Shown in pieces: positions 12,114 through 22,647 of a stretch of DNA of 64,000 bases (positions are counted from its first letter, which is position 1; every line of letters starts with the position of its first letter). The DNA is from Antedon mediterranea (Eukaryota; Animalia; Echinodermata). The stretch is from contig NC_092673.1 of the NCBI RefSeq assembly GCF_964355755.1, positions 23,495,648-23,559,647 on the forward strand, in the 5' to 3' direction. The notes under the pieces were generated by a model. That model was not told the origin of the DNA. It ran no database searches and saw nothing but the letters and a program-made list of their open reading frames with translations. Position numbers and translations under genes: made by a program.

Positions 12114-12405
12114 ACTTTTTCTCATTCTCACAGATTTCCTCATCTTTATCGTTTCGAATTAATTATTTAAATTTCAGTATATCACCGGGCGGTTTAGAAT
12201 TAATGTTCTTTGCCTCTTGTGTTCATATATATAAAAGTATCTCTTCGGAGATCCCGCCTCGTGAATAAAAATACTGTAAGATGAGGGCGTATCAATTTGA
12301 TCTCTGGTGTGCGTGCGTACAACTGAGGACTAGTGCTGTTCCGCCGTACCACGCCGAGAATGTTAAAGAGTCGCTATCCAATCGAGTTCGAACAATACCA
12401 TGAAA

Positions 12406-12477
12406 GCCCCAGTGGTCTAATGGTTAGGACATCTGCATATCAAGCAGGCGGTCCGAGTTCGAGTCTCGGTTGGGGCG
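12406..12477 (+). tRNA. tRNA-like gene, anticodon ATC, repeat-borne
   Basis: Identical to the 12042 copy. Confidence 0.6.
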
Positions 12478-12584
12478 ACTTTTTCTCATTCTCACAGATT
12501 TCCTCATCTTTATCGTTTCGAATTAATTAATTAAATTTCAGTATATCACCGGGCGGTTTAGAATTAATGTTCTTTGCCTCTTGT

Positions 12585-12615
<31 letters not shown>

Positions 12616-12983
12616 CGAATTTGTAAAGCGCCAATTCCAGCAACAAGTGATCAAAGGCGCTGTGGACTAAGATGAAAACATTCTTCTCCCCTAAGGGTCC
12701 CATCGTGTCATCGGCAGCCAACTACGCCGCCATTACGTCTGTCCACGACAGTGTGTGTGTTTGAACTAGTACACCGGGGTAACCCCCAACTCGTCTCGAA
12801 AGATGTACTAGGTTCTTTAAAGTTCACATGAGCCAGATGTACGCTGGACCTACGGTTTATAGTCCTTATCCGAGAAGACTTGTTCTACCACCAGAACCAT
12901 GGAGCGAGTGAGCCTCGAACCCTTGTCAATGTTATGGCTATGGATTACGGTTTTACTGTCGTAACCGCTCGGCCACACTCTCA
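12616..12983 (-). mobile_element. tRNA-derived SINE with Deu/Nin-like core and L2-like tail
   Basis: A box TGGCCGAGCGG and B box GGTTCGAGGC. Core CGGATAAGGACTATAAACCGTAGGTCC...TTAAAGAACC...GGGGTTACCCCGGTG resembles the Deu domain (from memory). Tail GGCGCTTTACAAAT followed by (TA)n. Confidence 0.75.
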
Positions 12984-14899
12984 CTAAGTGGGAAAAAATC
13001 CTATTTTAATTTGATTTTCCGATTTGTATTTTTTTTGTACAGTATAATATGGAATAATTATTCTGAAATAAAGTTATCAAATCAACTTTCCTCAATGGGT
13101 TGTTTATATATTGTTCTCAAATTGCGTACATGTTATTTTACATAACGGTACCTGTACAGTTTAGCATTACATTTGAATAATAACATGTACTAAACACAGT
13201 CTCATTTCAAAGGCTATTCGATAATCCACAGTAATGTAGACTCAGATTAAATTGGGGTTAAAGTAATCCTTCGTACGGACCATTAATGTTAGAGTCGAGT
13301 CAAATCGTTTGTCAAACGTTCAATAGCGTGACTCATTATTTTTATAATCTTTAAATAAATATTTATTTTCTACAACGATACATTCTAAAACAATGTAAAT
13401 TCAGGAATTAGCAAACAGTATTGGCTAATACAATACCGTACAAGCAGTAAACGTATTTTATTGTAAAATGCATTTTTATGTTGTGTCCTTAGTATTTAAG
13501 ATTAGTGACATTGACAAACAACTAGAATTATTTTAGAATTTTGAAAAATAAAGAACTAGATAAATTTCAGATCATTTATTTATTTTACACAAACAGTGGA
13601 TAAAACAAAACTATATATGAAAGCTTTAGCAAAAAGGGTATACTGAAAAAGTATGTCTTGAAGTGAATTTGGAGATAAAAGTAGGCTTATTTCCGAAAGA
13701 ACAAGCGGGATCTTTAATAAATACAGGTAATAAAGTCCATAGTACTGGTAATCTGGAACCGTATGTTGCATTTACATTTGGTTTAGAAACGAAATTTGTA
13801 CTCCATCTTTTGAAAAAGCTTTATTTAGGCCTAAGTCTGTATTTAGCTATGCTTCTCTCTGAATGAGTTAAAGAAATGCACCCGTTTGAACAACCAAATC
13901 CACAACTTTCGACTGATATTATGCCTATCACGGAGTAAATTGAAGTGCTTCTATTTCAGTGTATTCATTTTACTTGTACACAAGTTGGATGTAAGATTAA
14001 ATAACATAAAACTGAATAAGAATAAAACGAGCCCCAAAGAGGTTCAATCGGGTAACGGCGGCTTACTTGTATTTCAAGTACCACTGATGACGTCCTCATT
14101 GAACTAAATTACAATATTGTCATTATTTGTACGCCATTCCCTTCGTCTGTTGATTATGAAAGGGGAAAAGAAAATTTAGAACACACGGCATCTCATACCT
14201 ACATGTGAAATATCTGAAACTTTATTTATGCAAAAAAGATGTATTTTTTTGTTGTTGAATATGCAATTTTGATTTCACATAATAGTTATCCACTTTGACC
14301 AAAAATTAGATCGAAACAAAATTTTATTTACCTGAAAAAATTGCAATTTAAAGCAAAAAAAATGGTCAAATTGGCTGCTAACAAATGAATTTTTAGTTGA
14401 ATTTATCCATCTATCATGTTATTTTATAAGTGAAAACATTTTTCCTTGGTTTATTTTTTCTTTTTTTGATTAAAACTACAAAATAACCTCGGAAGCCAAC
14501 ATTAACGAGCTTTATTCGATCAATAAGTGTGTTGTTTACATTGTGATGTAATTTTGCCTACAAAAAGGTCTACCGCCATGCTCAGAGTAACAAGACAAAA
14601 CTTTAACCATTGGTGACGCGGATAGTACGTACGTAGGTACATAATAAACTGCGCGGTGACAAAGGAACTTCAACGATTGGCTAATTACGCGTGACACTGC
14701 GATATGCCACGCGATGACGACACTTTTACAAGTATCCGGGAGGTTCAATTAGCAAAGGTATAATTACTTTTCGAGCAGGCTTTATTAAGGTTTCACAAAG
14801 AAGACCGGATTAAAGGATTTATCCACGTGTTATTGTTAATTCGCAAATATAATAATTAATGTAGAGAAGGATAATTAGCTAAAATAACAATGTAAATAA

Positions 14900-14907
14900 T
14901 GACGTCA
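14900..14907. promoter_or_regulatory. Palindromic CRE (TGACGTCA) about 1 kb upstream of the putative neuropeptide TSS
   Basis: Exact motif present. The same 8-mer occurs elsewhere in the window, so function is unproven. Confidence 0.3.
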
Positions 14908-15838
14908 AAACAGTTCTCTTCAGTTAGAAATTATCCATTCAATGATATCGTGTTAGTAATACGAATGATCATTATTATCCGAGTGTTTTACGTTTTTGTT
15001 ATGTTACCAGTATAAGTAATAATAATCAAAATTGATTCTTCAATACAAACAATATTGAAATTTATCATTAATGGTAATAACAGTACCTCCGTAATATTCA
15101 TTCATTTTACTGAAAATACAGAAATTAAATTGAGATTAGTTCTTTTCGTTATATTCTGCACTCACCTTGAAAAAAAAAACATAAATAAATCCATGAGACA
15201 TTCTACTTCGTATCTCAAATAATAATTGTGTATGTTTAAGGAAATTTCCAGAGGTGATATTGTTAGTGTATTGTAGACATATTTTGTCTATTTTGGATAA
15301 TTAACTATCATTAACATTAAATCAATCATGTTACATTATACCTTTTAGCAGAGTATCTACATTATTTTTAGATTGAAATCATAATATAATTACCATAATT
15401 ATGCTTTATTTGGTAAAATTGTAAAACTATTATTTCAAATTAATCATTTCTGATCAGATCGCGTATTTTACTCTACCAGTAATCTAGAGATTTGCTTTGT
15501 TTCGACAAAGGAAAGTCGTCGATAATTAGGCACCGTATTAATTGTCGTAGATTTCTCCTAATGGAACAATTCGCATTATCCAACCACTAACTCCAAATCA
15601 ACACATTGTTTTTCTTCTTAGACTACAAGTTAAATAGTCCAATAAGCCTTGTTTGATAAAATAGACATTTGATTTGCGTAAGCAGGCTTGAAACAGTTTC
15701 ATCGCCTCGATGTATCTTAATTACCGGTGATGTGGCAGTTGGTTGGACATGCTAAGTTCTGGGCTGTACCGTCCGTCATTTTCTAATCTTGAGACACATA
15801 AAGGAGGGGTGAATGCATTCATAGATGGTTTGTTGATT

Positions 15839-15973
15839 TATAAATACAAGGCAATCTCAGTTATCTTAGTATTCTCCTCTTTGCTCAACTCATAGTATAT
15901 AGATTTTTTTTATGTTATAACTGAGGGAAGTTATTTACTATCATTCAACGTCGTCGGGTGATAAAACGTAAGT
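15839..15973 (+). promoter_or_regulatory. Probable core promoter and non-coding exon 1 (about 15868-15967) of the neuropeptide precursor gene
   Basis: TATAAATA at 15839, Inr-like TTAGT with its A 29 nt downstream (15868), then donor AC|gtaagt at 15968. Pairing with the 22150 acceptor is inferred. Confidence 0.55.
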
Positions 15974-16493
15974 TCATTCTAAATCATAAATGTTTGTCGT
16001 AGGTATAGCTGTTTCTTTTGCAGTTTATATACATATATTGATATTATTATCACACTTACGCAACTTTGCATAGGTAGGCCATTATCTAGAATGTAATAAT
16101 GATGTGTACTGTGTTTGTAGGCCTACTGTATAAGCAGAGAGCAAATTGTATATAAAACGCAATAAAAAAAAATTATTATCAGAAATATTAGGAAACGGTA
16201 AAAACACAATGAATTAAATAAACAATAATAATATAATAAAGGATTACCATATTCAATAAAACGTATACATCCATGTTTCGGTAAATGTGAATGGTATAAA
16301 AGTAAAATATCGTGTTTAAGGAATCAGTTTGTTTACTGGTGCGGATAGGAGAAATAATACGTCTACATGGTTATCTTTATATTATCAATGCATTATATTG
16401 ATTAAGTTTTATTGGTAGGTAACATTCTAATTCGTGAACATATTTAGATGATATCTTAAATAATAGGATGATCGATTTAATAAATATGATTGC

Positions 16494-16790
16494 AATAATA
16501 ATAATATACAAATTTAACTAATCAAATATCAGTTTTAAATAATTGATAACAATAAATGCTTTATTTTTAATTTAGATATTTAGCAAGGTATTTATGTGTT
16601 TGAATGATTTACAATGTGTAAAGTTGGAGAATAATCATTTAAATAATAATAATATAAAAATATAACTAATCAAATATCCAATATCAGTTTTAAATAATTG
16701 ATAACAATAAATGCTTTAATTTTACCTTACATATTTAGCGAAGTATTTCTGTGTTTGAAGGATTTAAGATTTGTAGATTTGGAGAATAAT
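16494..16790 (+). repeat. Diverged tandem duplication of about 150 bp
   Basis: caaatatcagttttaaataattgataacaataaatgcttta and ttggagaataat each occur twice. Confidence 0.8.
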
Positions 16791-17147
16791 ACAAATCAGT
16801 ATACAAATAAAAGCAGACACGTATAAGCACGAGCAACTGCATCACAAACAACATAAACTATAGTATAAACTAAATTAGATAAATTTTTCTTTACGATTAC
16901 GAAATGTTAATTCGAACATTGAATTGAATGTTGATATGCTCTCTCTTATATTCTTCGTTAACAAGATGTCTTTAACCAATTGACAATCGCTATTGGTTAA
17001 TAGGGTCTACTAAATGGCTACTTGAAACTACTAAAATTCACATTAATATATTGAATTGTTTTCCCTTAATAACATACGCACATTGATTTAAACAAAATTA
17101 TTTATACAGTAGTAGTAGTGGATGCAACTGCGATCACCGATATTACA

Positions 17148-17268
17148 TTTTTAGTCGCGTGGACGCGACTCTATAGTTCACTATGTCGGTCGGTCGGTTT
17201 GTCGGTCTGTCTGTCGGTCCGGTATCACTATGCGTTTTAGCACGCGACTTATGACTGTTGGCCTTGTT
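17148..17268 (+). mobile_element. Helentron/DINE-1-like element, subfamily 2
   Basis: Same architecture with the ccggtatcactatgcgtttt core. Confidence 0.75.
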
Positions 17269-17630
17269 CCATAAGATGCAGGTTTTTGTTAAAGGAATGA
17301 CTAAGTAGTATATTTTGTGTGTGCCCCACTTTATTCTCATTTATACAGTATAATATTTGCATGAGCATGGATTTTCTTAGACTAACGTATAGTATACCAA
17401 ATTGTCTAACTCAACTCAGCAATTTGCATTATTCCCATTCAAACTTTCTCAACCAGCAAGTAAATAATAAATCTGACATTCTATCATTTTGATTTCGTAT
17501 TCAATTTGGTAACTTTTGTTTAAAAATCCGTTGGCGTTGAAATTGTTGAATAGGCCAGGCTACTTTGAACTATTTATTCAACCACACAATGTGTTGCGTT
17601 GAGTTTGCGTTGATATATATATAACCAATA

Positions 17631-17722
17631 GTAGTGGAGCTGTAGCTTTGTGGTTAACGTGTTTGCCTTTCAATCCAAATGTCCAGGGTTCAATCCTGAC
17701 CTAGTGCCAGGATTGCGACTCT
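17631..17722 (+). mobile_element. Head-only copy of the same tRNA SINE
   Basis: Aligns with 17859 onwards; A and B boxes present. Confidence 0.6.
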
Positions 17723-17858
17723 TTTATTACTCATAATACTGTAATAGAAGATATTTTGAATCAAAGATAAGTAATGCATAACAAGTGATATGAAATAAAC
17801 CAATCAAATGGCTTAGATGTGTTTTAAAAACATGATAAAATAAAAAAGTGGAAGAATT

Positions 17859-18105
17859 GTAGTGGAGCTGTAGCTTAGTGGTTAATGTGCTTGCCTTCCA
17901 ATTCCAATTTCCAGGGTTCAATCCTGACGTAGTGCCAGGGTTCAATCCTGACGTAGTGCCAGGATTGCGACTCTTTCAACTCCACCCCCGAAGCCTCAAA
18001 TGAGACTTATTATAAGCAGGCACGATAAATTACAAAATAGTGTATCCATCTTGTAATTGGCGAGTTTGTGCTCGCTGTTGGATGCGTATGAAATTTAAAA
18101 AAAAA
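17859..18105 (+). mobile_element. tRNA-derived SINE with a duplicated B-box segment and A-tail
   Basis: A box TAGCTTAGTGG; CCAGGGTTCAATCCTGACGTAGTG tandemly duplicated; ends in an A run. Confidence 0.65.
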
Positions 18106-19154
18106 CAAATAGTGAATGATCTTTAAAAATTCATGCCAAGAGGAAACCATGCGTAAAAATCTGAAAAACAATATTTAAGTCTCATTTAATTGTTGTACAC
18201 CATGTCATATAATACAAAATCTACGTTGCTGCCTTTACCTTTACTGTAAGTTGGGTCACCGCAAACGACCGTCATTAACTACCCCACGCAACACCCTAGG
18301 CATTGGGAATATAAAAGGTATAATGCCTACATCCAGTGCAATACACTTTAACAAGACAGTGGGAGACTAATAAGTAAACAATGTCTGTAGACAATCTAGG
18401 TGCAGAACTCTTATCTCTTGGCACGTCAGTCTGAATCAAATAAAATGTCCATCTACTTTACACGCATATTAAACAAAATATATATGCTTCATTCGTTCTG
18501 TTTGGTCTGGTTTTATCAAGATATTAAATATACTTATGATCTAAAATTTAAAAATCTTGTATATTGCTTTACATTATTAATACCGGTAATTTTTAGTTGG
18601 CTATATAGTTACTAACACGATTTAAAGCGAAAAATAGGCCTAAGTGTTCTTTTATCCAAGTCAGTACATTAATTGAATGGCATCGAATACATTATTAAAT
18701 ATGACCCTATATAAATGTGGCACACTCAAGCGAAAGTTGGAATTTTCAAAATTCAGATTTTCACATACTGAAACTACATAATACACGATTTAAAATAGTG
18801 AAAAAATATCTTAATACAATGTTTTCTTTCAGTGGTGATATCACAGTTTAAATTTTGGTTGTTAAAGTTAAATAACAGGAAATGACAAGTACACACAAAA
18901 AAAAACAAGGCGTTTAAGTCTACGCCTTAGTAAAGGTAGTCTACTGTCTGTAAAATATTATTTTAGCTTAAGTAGTAAAAATGTTATTCATTTTTTCAAA
19001 TGATTGTGACTAAAATCGGATGTAAGGGTACTCAAGCAATACTATCATTTTGATAACGTTCGCATCAACTTGACTGCAATTCACTATTCAAAAGGTGTCA
19101 AAAAGGGGGGACGATTGTCTTGGTGATCGATTTTAAAGCATGTCGCAATCCTTA

Positions 19155-19316
19155 AGCCTTGTCTGCACTATCAAACTTTATGTGAAAAAAATGTGATGTG
19201 CCCATATATGGACATGGATATGTCATATCACTACCATATTTAAACATATCACTACTATATTTGGGCACATCACACTTTTTTTGTCGTCAAATTAGTTTGA
19301 TAGTGTAGACAGAGTT
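19155..19316. mobile_element. PIF/Harbinger-type MITE, family A
   Basis: Same TIRs; TTA on both flanks. Confidence 0.85.
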
Positions 19317-20961
19317 TTAGGAGAGATCAATGAAGACAAGATCTAAGGCGACATTACTTTCCGTTGATTCAGAAAATGATACGTAACAATAGACACTATA
19401 TTTAGAGTTTAAGAGAAGGCTAAAGCAATCATATTCCTCAGTCAAGGAGTAATGTGTAGTATCATCACGCGTCGGTTACCTCATTAGATTACTAATTTCC
19501 AATTATAACACCTGTAACCATTGTCTTCGAAAAAGTTCGCCTATGTGTAAGATCAGACTCAGAATTTTCTTAATTAGCACTTTGAATATGGTCAAAGGTA
19601 ACGTCATTAATTGACGCCGAAACGTCACAAATAGCGTAGTGTTAGTGAATCGTAATCATTCAGGAAAGAAAGAGCAACCAAAAAACAGTTCAGCAATCGG
19701 GGCTTGATTTAATAAACAAGAGTTAGAAATTGTTGTAAGTATAATTTTAGATTATAAGATATAGCCTGGGTGTTAGGTAACTTAAGTGTTACTCCCTATC
19801 TACTGTGTAGTTTTGTTATGGACGTGGGGATATGGAGCGCAACAGGCATTTCTGGGGCGATTTGTCAACTCTGACCCTACTCAACATTCACACCTATTGT
19901 TTTGTTTAGCTTTATATTCAGTTTTATTAATATAAGGATAAAATATCTATATTATCAATATTATTACTAATTATCAATTATACCAATATTTTACATAAAT
20001 GTTGTATGTTGGTTGTATTCTTTATAGGCCTATTTATCTCACTTGCACAGGAAGGATTAGTGTTATCCGAAAGCTTTACAATTCTTTTCTGACTGTTACT
20101 TTATCGTTTTGATTATTTTAGCGTTTTAATATTTTATTTGTATCTTCATTGAGATCCCGCCACTAATACGCATTGTCACTTTTTAGTAATTTGCTTTTTG
20201 ATTTATAATATGTTAAAAGTTACGTATAATTTATTTTACAGTAATTAAAATACATTGATATTTAATGTGAATACATTTTACTTAGGCCTACTGTAAGTAA
20301 AATTGCAAACTATTGGTTTGTTACGTAGGCTACAATTGCTGTTTTGTTTAGTTCCTAATTATCTACATTTACATAACATTTTGCATTTACGGATTGTATG
20401 CCTATTCTGGGACTTCCGCTTATATCTGAAAGTGGAAAACCGTACTCAATAAAATCTTCCAGTTATTCTAGTTATTGGCAATATTCAATGTGTGGAGTTT
20501 AGCGGAATATCCTTGATGTTTCATACATCGAATAAATCAAAAGCAAACCAGTTAGATGTATGCTTACTCAGAGAAGTAATTAACGAATAAGCTTCAAAGG
20601 ACAAAAAACAATGGTCTTATGCATAATTTAGGTCTGTGACGCACATAAACTTAAATTATATCGTATATTATGTCATTATGAAGGTAGTTGACCCAAAACC
20701 ATTGCCTGTGTACTCTCTACGACGAATACATTTGATTTTTTAAGAAACTAAGAAATTATCTTGAAATTAGTTAAATGCAAAATCAAGTAATTTGAAATCT
20801 GTAAGGTTAAACAACTAAACAAGAGTGAAGTTACAATCTTCCTTGATTGGAACAACAAACAGTTTTCTTAATCAATGACCAATTCAATGGAAAAACGTAT
20901 GGAAAAAGTAAGTTCGATGAAATTGAGATTAATCTCACACAACCTTAAATGTCTGTAATGC

Positions 20962-21009
20962 CAGGGAAGAGTTAAATAAAGATTACAATTGTAATTTAAC
21001 TCTTCCCTG
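20962..21009. other. 48-bp TIR pair with a perfect 7-bp TSD (putative P-superfamily footprint)
   Basis: gtaatgc-CAGGGAAGAGTTAAAT-16 bp-ATTTAACTCTTCCCTG-gtaatgc. Confidence 0.6.
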
Positions 21010-22150
21010 GTAATGCTAAATGATAAATTGTATTAATACAAAAAAACTAAATCACCGCTATCCATTATATCATTATACTATGTGTTTCTTCTATCTTGGA
21101 AACATTTAACAAAGTTATTTGCGAATATTATTCTTATAAAGAATGAGTTTAATAATGACAGATATACACAATTTTTAGCGATAATGAATTTATAACTTTA
21201 GTATACACAGATGGCGTTACACGGTTCTGTCATTTATTTTATCTCATGTACAACAATATTGAATGCCATACCATGCGAAATCAGTACAGTATTGATTAAT
21301 ATTTATCAATATCACTACGATAATATTTAAATTCAAATCTTATTTACTACATTCTTTGTAATCCTTGTCATGAAAACTTTAAATTATAGTAAGCGTCTCA
21401 TTCTTTAAATTGGTGAATTACCTATAAATTGAATGTGCATTAAGTTGTTCAACTTAATAGACAAGTTAGTTACTTATCATTTCTGACACTGTCATGGCAT
21501 ATATTATTCTAATAATGAAGACATATAAGCAGCTTAATAGTAATCCCGTGTTAAGTGTGTTAGTTAATGTTCAATTTCGATTGTTTTGCAACATTTTCAT
21601 TGTTTTTGACAAAACGACATATGTGAGCAATAGCAACGATTATACTCTCTTTCTATAAATCCAGCACGTCTCTTACAATTACCAAGTAAAAAGACAAACA
21701 TTTAAATCTGTTAATATTCAATGACTGAAATTGATTAGACCTACTATATGGCCATTTATCCAGCCATAATTTATATAACAAAATGATTTACTTTGCTTTA
21801 TAAAAACTATGTGGTAATAAGCAGGAATTGTGTGAAAAAAAAGTTTAGCACGATTCTATTCTGAGAACTGAGATGGCGTGGTACAATCCTCTTGGACCAC
21901 GCTGCTCTCACGTCTCCAATAATCATAGCTTATTCTTAAGTTTCTGTGTATAAAAAATCACTCTATTATGAATAAACCGTAATTTAAAGGAAACAAGTTA
22001 ACCGGAAGCCCATTACATTGTTTGGAATGGGATTTGGTAAAAAATGTATAACTTGATTAAAACTACACACAATCGCCTACTCAAGTTTGATTTTACACAT
22101 CTTTATTTTGTAATACATGTGTTTCAAAGATTTTACTTAATTTATTTCAG

Positions 22151-22540
22151 ATGTCAAGAAATATGGTACCCGTACCCGTGTCATTATTAGGAATGAAGGG
22201 GATTCTTGTATTTGGCGTCACACTGTGTATTCTCGCAACCGTTTTACCTAGCAAAGGTGCTAATCGCTTTCAAGAGAATGTGGCCGAAGAGCAAGACAAC
22301 GACAGACGATTATCGGATGGCACAACAGACGAAAACGATCCAATAAACACGCTTTTACAGAGGCTTTTAAGCGCCAAAAGAAAACACGTTACAACTAAAA
22401 GAGCGGGACTTTGTCCGGATCCTACCAAATGCGTCGGATGGAAAAGAAGTATGGCTACATACCCGGGAAAACAGTACTCCTCTGGATTGAGGATATACAG
22501 CTCAGACTACAACCCAGATCAAAAACAGCCTTGGTACTAA
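22151..22540 (+). CDS. Secreted neuropeptide/peptide-hormone precursor, 129 aa, family unassigned
   Basis: Hydrophobic signal peptide (MKGILVFGVTLCILATVLPSKG), acidic spacer, RR/KRK/KR cleavage sites, KR-AGLCPDPTKCVGW-KR with two cysteines. The ATG directly follows an acceptor (tttatttcag|ATG); AATAAA at 22642. Confidence 0.85.
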   Translation: MSRNMVPVPVSLLGMKGILVFGVTLCILATVLPSKGANRFQENVAEEQDNDRRLSDGTTDENDPINTLLQRLLSAKRKHVTTKRAGLCPDPTKCVGWKRSMATYPGKQYSSGLRIYSSDYNPDQKQPWY

Positions 22541-22641
22541 AGAAAAGAAAGACTTGATTATTTTAATAATTTGTTTTCTTTGAAGTCCACCGACAGAAGC
22601 TATTGATATTTAATAATGATATTATACCACGATGCTTATGA

Positions 22642-22647
22642 AATAAA
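22642..22647 (+). terminator. Candidate polyadenylation signal of the neuropeptide gene
   Basis: First AATAAA about 100 nt after the stop codon; another lies near 23055. Confidence 0.35.

Larger units (their letters stand above)
11831..12588 (+). repeat. Tandem array (about 2.1 units) of a 364-bp element containing a tRNA-like gene, flanked by (TA)n
   Basis: Exact 364-bp period (tagaattaat at 11831, 12195, 12559). TA repeats on both sides. Confidence 0.95.
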
